Part shown: positions 10,688-18,691 of the stretch, in pieces
Position numbering within the stretch: the stretch's first letter is position 1
Layout of the letters: every line of letters begins with the position of its first letter
Source of the DNA: Candidatus Zhuqueibacterota bacterium
GTDB taxonomy: Bacteria > Zhuqueibacterota > Zhuqueibacteria > Thermofontimicrobiales > Thermofontimicrobiaceae
Length of the DNA: 24,251 nt
Direction of reading: 5' to 3'
NCBI GenBank assembly: GCA_049322915.1
Contig: JBMOPW010000002.1
Location: 137,483-161,733 of the forward strand
Made by a program: the position numbers and the translations under genes
The notes under the pieces: generated by a model
What the model saw: only the letters and a program-made list of their open reading frames with translations
Database searches by the model: none
Told to the model about the DNA's origin: nothing

Positions 10688-11929
10688 TCACTCCGGGGGT
10701 GAGGCCAATTTTCGGCGCAGGCGGTTCAATCGAAACATGAGGCTATCGCGACATTCAACCAGTTGACAGTCGCTCCGAAGCTGCTCCACAATATCGAGTT
10801 TCGCCAAAGCCTGAAGCACGATTTTCTCCGCCTGTTCCAGATCTCGGGCGCGATGCTCGAAATATTTTGCCCTTTCCTCGTACGGTTCCAATCGGAACGG
10901 ACCCAGTGCAGAGAGCCCTTCCCACAGTTTCAGCGCTTCTTCCCAGCGCTCCAGCCGTTTCAGACAATACCCCAACCGGATGCCACTGTCCTGTTTGTGC
11001 TGCGGCAGCGCAGCGCTGCTGAATACCTGCTGGTAGATGCGGACATTCTGTTCCCACTGTTCAATATGGTCGTAATGATTGGCCAATGAAAGCAATTCCG
11101 CCGGTCTGTTCAGGTGCGCCAATGGTTTTTCGTGGACATCGTGCAGCAGAATCGTGAGCGTCACCATCGAGAGAATGTCCATTTCGTTGTGATAAAAAAC
11201 AGGCCTCAGGGGAATCGCATTTTTCGTTCGCAGATAGTCGAAGTACATCTGCGGAATGAAAGAGGAAGGGATGTCCCCCTGGCGTTGAACGCTCAGGACG
11301 TGACGCTCCAGCGAACCCAGACTGCAATCCGGCAGGCTATTTTTCCAGATGCGCCGGGCAGCGTGGAGCAGGTCAAAATGACCCGGTTCGGCATTTCGTA
11401 TTTTCATCCGGTGATAAGTGAATCGCGTGATTAACAGCGGCCAATCATAACTCTTGCCATTGAATGAGATGATGAAATCGAATTTTTCCATCATCGCCAT
11501 GATTTCTTGCAGCATGGCTGGTTCGTCCGGAAAGTCGCGGAGGAAAAATTGCTTCACGCGGAAGACATCGTCCTCGAAATGGCCAAGCCCGGCTAAAAAG
11601 ATGTAGGTTCCGCTTCCGCCGGCCAGTCCTGTGGTCTCCGTATCGAAGAAGACAGCGCGGCGCAGGTCGAGGTTCATGAGTTTTTCATCGCTGCCGGCTA
11701 ACCTCAAAAATTGCGGCGAGATCGAATCGATGCGGCGCAGTGGGAATAATCCGTGTTCGTGGTTCAGGCTGTAGTCCCGGGACACGAGCAGCGTCGCCCC
11801 GGCCGGATTTGCCACAAATTTGCCATTGAGAACCGATTCAATGGCATCGGTCGATGGCAGCGATGCCGGTTCTGATTTTCGTGGCTGCTGGATCGCTTCG
11901 AGAAAGCGAAGTCGCTTGCGTATGTTCAT
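10688..11929 (-). CDS. YprB/MrfB-like DEDDh exonuclease (RNase_H_2) with C-terminal TPR-like helices
   Basis: FFDTETTGL, SFNGKSYD, HFDLLH and YHNEMD motifs; C-terminal helical repeats; 413 aa. Confidence 0.85.
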   Translation of the reverse strand: MNIRKRLRFLEAIQQPRKSEPASLPSTDAIESVLNGKFVANPAGATLLVSRDYSLNHEHGLFPLRRIDSISPQFLRLAGSDEKLMNLDLRRAVFFDTETTGLAGGSGTYIFLAGLGHFEDDVFRVKQFFLRDFPDEPAMLQEIMAMMEKFDFIISFNGKSYDWPLLITRFTYHRMKIRNAEPGHFDLLHAARRIWKNSLPDCSLGSLERHVLSVQRQGDIPSSFIPQMYFDYLRTKNAIPLRPVFYHNEMDILSMVTLTILLHDVHEKPLAHLNRPAELLSLANHYDHIEQWEQNVRIYQQVFSSAALPQHKQDSGIRLGYCLKRLERWEEALKLWEGLSALGPFRLEPYEERAKYFEHRARDLEQAEKIVLQALAKLDIVEQLRSDCQLVECRDSLMFRLNRLRRKLASPPE

Positions 11930-12164
11930 GGATTGGCGGCTCGATGGGTAAGGTTTGAACGTGCGCTGCTTTTTATAAGCATGAAAATTAAAGACATGCT
12001 ATTACACTTCACTCCGAATTCATAGTTCCCTGAAGAAATTTCATGGCCGGCGCTGGCGGCGTATTTTATCATTGATTATTACAGAATTTCTTTTATCTTT
12101 ACACACATATTTTCCAGCCGAATGACGGAAAATGAACTACTCACTCAAACGTCCCGGAGGAAGG

Positions 12165-13328
12165 ATGCAAAAAAAAATAATCTATCTGGATAATGCAGCG
12201 ACTACCTACCCGAAACCTCAAGAAGTTTATGATTTTATGTATGAATTCTACCAGAAACACGGCGTCAATCCCGGCCGCTCCGGCTATGACATGACGCTGG
12301 AAACCGAAGAAGTGGTTCATGGTACGCGAAAAATGCTGACGGAATTCTTCAACGGGACGGATCCCAACCGACTCACCTTCAGCTACAATGCCAGCGATTC
12401 TTTGAATATGATCATCCAGGGTATGGCTGAAAAAGGCGATCATATTATCACCAGCAATGTGGAACATAATTCAGTGCTGCGTCCATTGTATCATCTGGCA
12501 AATGATGGGGTGATCGACCTGAGTTACATTCCATTTGATGAACATGGCTTCATCGATCCGGATGATGTGAAAAAAACGATCCGGAAAAATACAAAAATGG
12601 TGATCATCAATCACGGTTCCAATGTGATCGGAACGGTGCAACCGATCGCTGAGATTGGAAAGATTTGCAAGCAGGCCGGCGTTTATTTTGCGGTGGATGC
12701 CAGCCAGACAGCCGGCGCCCGGAAAGTGGATGTCAAAGCCATGAATATCGATCTGTTGGCGTTCACCGGTCACAAATGCCTGATGGGACCGACCGGCATC
12801 GGCGGGTCCTACATTGGCGAGGATGTTCCGATCCGCGGCACGCGTTTCGGCGGCACCGGCGTGCGTTCAGCGCATCGGTTTCACCTTGAAGAATTTCCGT
12901 ACCGGATGGAATGCGGCACGCTGAATATCGTCGGCGTGGCCGGACTTCACGCCGGGCAGAAATGGATCGCCTCGATGGGCCTGGAAAATATTCATGCCCA
13001 GGAAATGAAGCTGTGGAATCGACTGAGAACCGGGCTGCAAAAGATCGATCGGGTGATCACCTATTGCGCTGACACCGACGCCAATCATAATGCGGTACTG
13101 AGTTTCAATATTGAAGGCTGGGAAGCCGGCGACGTCGGCACCATTCTGGATGTGGATTACAATATTGCCTGCCGCACCGGACTGCAATGTGCACCGCTGG
13201 TTCACGAACAAATTGGCACGGACAAAATTCACGGCACTGTGCGACTGAGCCTTGGCCCTTTCAATACCGAAGCCCACATCGATGCCGCCATCCACGCCGT
13301 GGAAGAAATCGTTGCGATCCAACGATAG
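12165..13328 (+). CDS. Cysteine desulfurase-like class V PLP enzyme
   Basis: IYLDNAATT, EHNSV, DASQ, FTGHK (PLP Lys) and RTGLQCAP catalytic Cys loop; GGAGG SD before ATG 12165. Confidence 0.9.
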   Translation: MQKKIIYLDNAATTYPKPQEVYDFMYEFYQKHGVNPGRSGYDMTLETEEVVHGTRKMLTEFFNGTDPNRLTFSYNASDSLNMIIQGMAEKGDHIITSNVEHNSVLRPLYHLANDGVIDLSYIPFDEHGFIDPDDVKKTIRKNTKMVIINHGSNVIGTVQPIAEIGKICKQAGVYFAVDASQTAGARKVDVKAMNIDLLAFTGHKCLMGPTGIGGSYIGEDVPIRGTRFGGTGVRSAHRFHLEEFPYRMECGTLNIVGVAGLHAGQKWIASMGLENIHAQEMKLWNRLRTGLQKIDRVITYCADTDANHNAVLSFNIEGWEAGDVGTILDVDYNIACRTGLQCAPLVHEQIGTDKIHGTVRLSLGPFNTEAHIDAAIHAVEEIVAIQR

Positions 13329-13351
13329 CGCGTCGTTACAGTTTTGAAGAG

Positions 13352-13390
13352 AACCCATCCGTTTCCTATGAGGAATCTGATGGGTTTTTT
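13352..13390 (+). terminator. Putative intrinsic terminator
   Basis: AACCCATC...GATGGGTT stem followed by a T run, 23 nt after the desulfurase stop. Confidence 0.65.
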
Positions 13391-13510
13391 ATTTTCAACC
13401 AATGACTTTCAACGTGTGGCCTGAAGCGAGAGAGCGACGAATGGGCAAATTCGGATTGGAAATGGCCTGGCCAAACGTCCCGGACAGTCTGTATTCTGCT
13501 TCGACGGATT

Positions 13511-14809
13511 TCATTGCAGCACAAGCGCATCGGCGACCAGTTCAGCCACGGTCTTAATTTCAACGCCCAGTTTGTATTCCTGATTCAATTCCATGAGCTG
13601 ATCGATGCAATTGTGGCAGGGCGTGGCGACGATTTTAGCGCCAGTCCTTCGAATCTGCTCCGCCTTAATTTTGCCGGACTCGATTCTTCGCTCTTTGTAT
13701 TCGCCCATGGAGAGCTGTCCGCCACCGCCGCCGCAGCAATAGTTGTTTTCACGATTGGGCGTCATTTCGATGAACGTGGACACAGCGTGTTTGAGCACGA
13801 AACGCTGTTCCTCGATAACGCCGCCGGTTCGCACCATGTTGCACGGGTCGTGCAGCGTCACAGGCAGGGAATTTCTGGCAGGATCGAGTTGAATTCTGCC
13901 GCTGCGAATATAGTCCGCGATGAGTTCAATCACCGAGATCACTTCGAACGGGTAAGGCTTTCTGATCCAGTTGGGGCCTTCCCAGCGAATCGCCCTGAAG
14001 CCATGGCCGCATTCCGCCAGCACAAGGGTTTTCGCGCGCAGCTTCATCGTCTCGTTGTACAAACGGTCGATCAGCTCCCGCGCCGATTCGTCGTCGCCGG
14101 AGAAATAGGCGTAATTCGTCACATCGTATGTCTGCGTGGAGATTGTCCAGCTCTCTTTGGCTGCGTAATAAATTTTAGCCATGGCGCTGATGGAGAGAGG
14201 GAAGAACTTCGGCTCGCGCGGATTCAATGTGTAAAGGATACGAGCGTCCGGCATGTCCCGGGGAATAGCCGCGGACGGATCGTTCACCTCCATCTGCAGA
14301 TCTTCCTCCAGCCATGTCAGCGTGTCGATAAAATCATCGGTCGGAATTCCCATATTATTCCCGGTTTCGATGGCCGCATTCACCGTGGACTGTAAGCCGG
14401 GGGAGACGCGGCCCATTTTCACCAGCATGGAGCGCGCTGTGCGAACCAGCAGGGGAATATCGATGCCGACGGTGCAATGGGTCGCGCATCGACCGCACAT
14501 CGTGCAGCCGCCGAAGATAATATCGACCATTTCCTCGACTGTCCCGGCATCGAGGTCGCGGGCGCCGACCCATCCCGGAAAAATAGCGCCCAGCACGGTG
14601 TGGTGACGCCGATAGAGCCGCGATAATTGCCGTACCTTGTTGGCCGGCAAATAGCGCGAATCATTGGTGGCCAGGTAATAATGGCAGGTCTCGCCGCACA
14701 GGCCACAGCTCACGCAACTGTTGAGATAGCTTCTCAATCTGGCATCCAGATTGCGCTGGAAAAAATCCAGGGCTTTTTCAAATCGGTCATTCAGTCTGTC
14801 GTACGTCAT
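13511..14809 (-). CDS. HdrD/DsrK/TmcB/HmcF-family Fe-S oxidoreductase (two [4Fe-4S] motifs plus CCG domain)
   Basis: CVSCGLCGETC, CTMCGRCATHC, ECGH, HDPC, CCGGGGG and PCHNC; likely start MTYDRL at 14809 with ATGA overlap. Confidence 0.9.
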   Translation of the reverse strand: MTYDRLNDRFEKALDFFQRNLDARLRSYLNSCVSCGLCGETCHYYLATNDSRYLPANKVRQLSRLYRRHHTVLGAIFPGWVGARDLDAGTVEEMVDIIFGGCTMCGRCATHCTVGIDIPLLVRTARSMLVKMGRVSPGLQSTVNAAIETGNNMGIPTDDFIDTLTWLEEDLQMEVNDPSAAIPRDMPDARILYTLNPREPKFFPLSISAMAKIYYAAKESWTISTQTYDVTNYAYFSGDDESARELIDRLYNETMKLRAKTLVLAECGHGFRAIRWEGPNWIRKPYPFEVISVIELIADYIRSGRIQLDPARNSLPVTLHDPCNMVRTGGVIEEQRFVLKHAVSTFIEMTPNRENNYCCGGGGGQLSMGEYKERRIESGKIKAEQIRRTGAKIVATPCHNCIDQLMELNQEYKLGVEIKTVAELVADALVLQ

Positions 14810-15432
14810 ACATTCCGCCTTTTCATTGGCCAGATGCCGCGGCTGCCAAACAGGATCCCGAGATGAATTCGGGATGTGAAGAAATACAGGAGATGACTGA
14901 GTTTTCCCAGAGGGATGTATAAAAAGATGACGCTGGCGTAAATCAACAGCGCGCGGATCGGAACCTCTTTCACAACAGTCAGCGCTGAAACGATGTGAAA
15001 ACCGGTGACGAGCAGGTTGCTGAAGTAGTCGTCCGGCGTGGAAATCGATTTCAGTCGTGAGGAAAAGAGCCGCTTGAAAAATATCGATGCGCCGCACACT
15101 GCGGAAATGAAGAGAATCGAGACCGCTGCCTTACTCGTTATATCGGGAATGGTGAAGTTCGCGAAATGAACGAGCAGCAGAGCAAAGCTCAAAAATGTGC
15201 CAATGTGATAAATGATCCCGGCGGCGTAGGTCGGCAGGTGAAGATAGGCGGTTTCTTTTTTCAGTGGAGACATGGCCCCTGAAAATGAGTACAGAATAGC
15301 GGATAGAATGGAGCCTCGCCGTTGCGCGAAGTCCTGAGTGCGATGTAGAAACAGCACCTGAAATAGTTTGGCAATGCAGATTGTACCACAGATAGAAAAT
15401 GCGAGCAAAAGGATCCAATGGTATAAGGTCAT
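14806..15432 (-). CDS. NarI/DsrM/TmcC/HdrE-like membrane (cytochrome b-type) subunit
   Basis: About 5 hydrophobic helices; YHIG, KRL...ISTPDDY and LYIPLGKLSH motifs typical of NarI-like proteins; translationally coupled to the Fe-S gene. Confidence 0.8.
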   Translation of the reverse strand: MTLYHWILLLAFSICGTICIAKLFQVLFLHRTQDFAQRRGSILSAILYSFSGAMSPLKKETAYLHLPTYAAGIIYHIGTFLSFALLLVHFANFTIPDITSKAAVSILFISAVCGASIFFKRLFSSRLKSISTPDDYFSNLLVTGFHIVSALTVVKEVPIRALLIYASVIFLYIPLGKLSHLLYFFTSRIHLGILFGSRGIWPMKRRNV

Positions 15433-15444
15433 GAATTTCCTCGA

Positions 15445-15762
15445 TTAGACACAGCCATCCGGTTTGGGAAGGCCGGCAATTTTGCAGGCGCCTTTTGCCG
15501 GTCCCAGCGGGAACAACTCGTAGATTTCTCTCAGGCGGATGCCGGTTGACTGGCAGATTTTTCTGACCATGGGGGCCATGTTATGTTCTTTCCAGTGTTC
15601 GCGGATGTGGTTGATAACGGCCCAATGTTTTTCAGATAACTCCCCGGTCCCGTCGTTTTTGGCAAATAGAATAGCAACATCTTCGTTCCAGATTTCTGGT
15701 TGCTGCAGAAAGCCATCGCCATCGACATGAAACGTCTGTCCATCAATGACAAGTTCAGGCAT
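15445..15762 (-). CDS. dsrC: DsrC/TusE/DsvC-family sulfur carrier with both C-terminal cysteines
   Basis: VDGDGFL, HWAVI, YELFPLGP and C-terminal ACKIAGLPKPDGCV (Cx10C); AAGGAG SD. Confidence 0.88.
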   Translation of the reverse strand: MPELVIDGQTFHVDGDGFLQQPEIWNEDVAILFAKNDGTGELSEKHWAVINHIREHWKEHNMAPMVRKICQSTGIRLREIYELFPLGPAKGACKIAGLPKPDGCV

Positions 15763-15800
15763 AGTGGTGATCTCCTTAGTTAATGGTGAAAAGTCAGAAA

Positions 15801-15829
15801 AATATACAAAAAAAATTGGGTCATTGCAA
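15801..15829 (-). promoter_or_regulatory. Putative promoter of the dsrC-like operon
   Basis: Minus strand TTGCAA (15829-15824), 17 nt spacer, TATATT (15806-15801). Confidence 0.55.
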
Positions 15830-16002
15830 ATTATTTTTCACCGAATATTATGCGGCGCAAAATTTCTTGCGGCCTGGCCCGATGAAGCCCGATCCGATTG
15901 CGAGATGATGAATCGCCCCAGAACGGAAACATCGGCCGGGATGTTCAACTCACGGGTGCGTTCATGCATGAAAAAGACATGAACCGCACCAGTGAGAGAA
16001 TC

Positions 16003-16797
16003 TCAGCCATTGCGTTTTAGTTTGCCCGTTCGTTTGGCATAGACCTCCGCGCGGCTGAACACCCACAATCCGAAGGGGATCAGAAAGAGTCCAATGCCAA
16101 TCAGGATGGCGATATCGCCGGCCAGGTCTGCAATCGAGGCATTTTCCAGCATGGACTTCCGAATCGCGCGCAAGGTATATGTCCCCGGCGAAATCATCGA
16201 CAGCGGGCGCAGCCATTCTGGCAGCACCGACACTTCGTAATACACGCCGGAGATGAGCAGAATGATCGCCTGAAAAATGTGCGTTGCCTGAGCCCCTTTT
16301 TCCGGGGACAAGAGCGGCATGACCGCGCCAATGAGTCCCATGCCTAAAAATGAAAAGCTTGAAATCAGAAGCACGACGAACGTCGCCGGGATATTCGCCT
16401 GGGCGAAACTGATTTTGAAAAATATCGCCACCAGCGCCATGATGAGAATCGACCGGAAAATGGCGTAGAGGACGGCAAAAGTACATTGTCCAAGCAGATA
16501 GGTAAGCCGGTAAATAGGCGCCATAAACGTGTACTCGATGGTTCCTTCCCAGCGCTCCCAGGCCACTGCCTCGGCCACATCGTGGAACAAAATGGAGAGA
16601 AATCCCCAGAGCAGCGAGCCAATGATGAGATAGAGAATCTTGTCCGGATCGCCCCAGCCAATGAACCCAATGGTGACGGTATTCACGACATTGTAAACCA
16701 GAAATACGCTCTCCCACGCGGCGTATCGTCTCACGAGATTGAAATTTCGCGCTACAAAAGCGAGCGATGCTTTGGATTCAGATAGGATAATATTCAC
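16003..16797 (-). CDS. ABC-2 type exporter permease
   Basis: About 6 TM helices; ERWEGTIEY and SGVYY..SVLPEWL..P.TY motifs; GTG start with AAGGAG SD. Confidence 0.9.
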   Translation of the reverse strand: MNIILSESKASLAFVARNFNLVRRYAAWESVFLVYNVVNTVTIGFIGWGDPDKILYLIIGSLLWGFLSILFHDVAEAVAWERWEGTIEYTFMAPIYRLTYLLGQCTFAVLYAIFRSILIMALVAIFFKISFAQANIPATFVVLLISSFSFLGMGLIGAVMPLLSPEKGAQATHIFQAIILLISGVYYEVSVLPEWLRPLSMISPGTYTLRAIRKSMLENASIADLAGDIAILIGIGLFLIPFGLWVFSRAEVYAKRTGKLKRNG

Positions 16798-16930
16798 AAT
16801 TGACTCCTTTCAGAAAACCTGTATTCGGCGTTCACGGGTCGATTCGATCCCTGATTAATCTCCCGGCTAAACGCACCTGTTCGTTTCAATATGTCGATCG
16901 GATAATTCGGTTAATCCGCGGAAAATCGAA

Positions 16931-17764
16931 TTAGTCTTCCTCGTCGACGCGCAAATCAGTGCCGGTCACATGGACGAACACATCCTCGATAGTCACCGGT
17001 TTTCCGTTGCCGGGAACGAGGCGTTTCAAATTTTCCGCAGTGTCACAGGCGACGAACTTGCCATTGTGGATGATGGCAATTCGGTCGCAAATGCGCTCCA
17101 CCTCTTCCAGATCATGAGACGTGAGCAGCACCGTCGTGTCATGGGACTTGCGGATTTTCAAAACGAAATCCTGCACCTGCCGTTTGGAAACCGGGTCGAG
17201 CCCGGTGGTTGGTTCATCCAGCAGCAGCAGGGCCGGGGATGTGAACAATGCCCGCGCAATGGCGATCTTCTGCTGCATGCCGCGCGAGAGATTTTCCAGC
17301 GGTTCATCGATTTTATTCCGGGAGAAAAGCAGCTCTTCGAGAATGGCGATCGCCCGCTCCTTCGCCTCTTTCAGCGGCAGTCCATACAATCTCGCTGCGT
17401 AACTCAGGTTCTCCCAGGCCGAGAGCCGTTTGAAAAATGCAGCATCCACCGAAACGCGATTGATGAGCCGGCGCACGCGCATTGGATTTTTTACGACATC
17501 CGTGCCGAAAACGTGAAGTGTGCCACTATCGGGCAGTATCAGCGTGGAAAGCATGCGGATGAGCGTGGATTTGCCCGAGCCGTTCGGCCCCAGGATCCCG
17601 AATATTTCACCCTGTGGGATGGTGAACGTCACGTCGTCGACGGCCATCAATTTTATCTTTTTGCCCGGCAAAATTCGACCCAGCAGTTTCCGAGAGCCGT
17701 TTGATTTTTTCTTTGAACGGGAATAAAAATATTTTGTGGCAGCATAGCTTTCAATCGCATTCAT
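16931..17764 (-). CDS. ABC exporter ATP-binding protein (DrrA/NodI-like)
   Basis: Walker A GPNGSGKST, signature LSRGMQQ, Walker B LLLLDEPTTGLD and H-loop TSH. Confidence 0.95.
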   Translation of the reverse strand: MNAIESYAATKYFYSRSKKKSNGSRKLLGRILPGKKIKLMAVDDVTFTIPQGEIFGILGPNGSGKSTLIRMLSTLILPDSGTLHVFGTDVVKNPMRVRRLINRVSVDAAFFKRLSAWENLSYAARLYGLPLKEAKERAIAILEELLFSRNKIDEPLENLSRGMQQKIAIARALFTSPALLLLDEPTTGLDPVSKRQVQDFVLKIRKSHDTTVLLTSHDLEEVERICDRIAIIHNGKFVACDTAENLKRLVPGNGKPVTIEDVFVHVTGTDLRVDEED

Positions 17765-17787
17765 GGTATTTCCTTTCAGTTACAGGC

Positions 17788-17822
17788 AAAAAAAAAGACC
17801 GTGAGGATATTCACGGTCTTTT
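17788..17822 (-). terminator. Intrinsic terminator inside the 5' leader of the ABC operon (attenuator candidate)
   Basis: Minus strand AAAAGACCGTGA-atatcc-TCACGGTCTTTT perfect stem ending in a 9-U run, 23 nt upstream of the ATPase ATG. Confidence 0.75.
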
Positions 17823-17853
17823 CATGATAAGTCATTTTATGATGATCAAATAA

Positions 17854-17949
17854 TCATGTCGTGGCTTCCTCTGCAATGGATAGACGGACTTCACCCACTG
17901 GAATTGGGAACATGAAATCCTGTGTTAAGATTTGTTTTGTTTGCCGCAT
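17854..17949 (-). CDS. Putative 31-aa leader peptide (MRQTKQILTQDFMFPIPVGEVRLSIAEEATT)
   Basis: Short ORF read by hand between the promoter and the terminator; weak SD; alternative internal ATG preceded by AGGA. Confidence 0.35.
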   Translation of the reverse strand: MRQTKQILTQDFMFPIPVGEVRLSIAEEATT

Positions 17950-17999
17950 GATTATTTTTCTTTCTGATTTGTAAGACTATTTTTAGAAAAACTGAGGCC

Positions 18000-18028
18000 A
18001 ATATACTCAAATTCAAACTCTTTGTCAA
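18000..18028 (-). promoter_or_regulatory. Near-consensus sigma70 promoter of the ABC operon
   Basis: Minus strand TTGACA (18028-18023), 17 nt spacer, TATATT (18005-18000). Confidence 0.7.
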
Positions 18029-18235
18029 GACATATTTTTTCTTTACAGAAAGAAAATGACGATTCGGACGCTGAATCGGCGGACTCAAAACGAGCAGTAC
18101 CTGTGAGTTTTGCACATGTCTGGGAAAAATCGAGTCTCGGGTAACGCACGAAATGGGGGATTGATGGATAGCCTCTGCCAGTCGAGCAGTATCAACGTTC
18201 GCATGAGCTGACAAATAGGCTGTGACAAAAAAAAC

Positions 18236-18264
18236 TTGAATTTTGCATTGAATTGAACTATATT
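18236..18264 (+). promoter_or_regulatory. Putative promoter of the lipoprotein / class V enzyme pair
   Basis: TTGAAT (18236-18241), 17 nt spacer, TATATT (18259-18264). Confidence 0.55.
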
Positions 18265-18297
18265 TGAACGGCAAAAAAAACAAACAAAAGGATGCCC

Positions 18298-18666
18298 ATG
18301 TTCAAAGTCGTAACGATGAAAAGCCTGCTGTTGATGGGGAGCTTGTTCCTGCTGAGTTGCCGCCATGGCAATGATATTCAGCCCATCGATGAGAAGCAGT
18401 TTGTGCAAATTTATTGTGATGTGGTTGTGTACGCCGATCTGATTGATGTTCAACTGCGACAGGCGTTTGTGGACAGCGTTCTGCAGAGTCACCAGGTGAC
18501 CCGTGAAAAATTTCAGCAGTCAATCGATGACTATTCCCGCGATAAAAGGAAATGGAAACAGATTTTTCAGAGCATCGTGTCGGAATTGGAGGCGAGGGAG
18601 AAATTGCTTGCGCCCATGAGCGATTCGCTGAAGACCCAAAGCCTGATAAATACCGACACTGAATAA
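18298..18666 (+). CDS. Lipoprotein, DUF4296-like
   Basis: Lipobox LLSC after a hydrophobic stretch; pattern I..KQF..IY.D...VL..H.VT.E.F..S..Y resembles DUF4296; start uncertain (18292, 18298 or 18316). Confidence 0.65.
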   Translation: MFKVVTMKSLLLMGSLFLLSCRHGNDIQPIDEKQFVQIYCDVVVYADLIDVQLRQAFVDSVLQSHQVTREKFQQSIDDYSRDKRKWKQIFQSIVSELEAREKLLAPMSDSLKTQSLINTDTE

Positions 18667-18691
18667 AAAACGGATAAATAGAGGACAGGTT

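Noticed and set aside
10417..10740. 107-aa plus-strand ORF; likewise minus-strand ORFs 17891-18283 and 23351-23830
   Set aside because: They lie over promoter-containing intergenic DNA, have no clear SD or motifs, and show low-complexity composition.
10688..11929. Exonuclease as a Cas-associated (Cas4/DnaQ) protein for the array
   Set aside because: It is 12 kb from the array, has YprB/MrfB architecture and lacks Cas4 Fe-S cysteines.
14810..15097. N-terminal extension of the 528-aa ORF call for the Fe-S protein
   Set aside because: It overlaps the membrane-subunit gene in another frame. The ATGA-coupled start at 14809 is far more plausible.
15949..15996. Long imperfect hairpin after the ABC permease as a novel RNA
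   Set aside because: Its position right after a stop codon is adequately explained by a terminator or stability hairpin, although it lacks a U tract.
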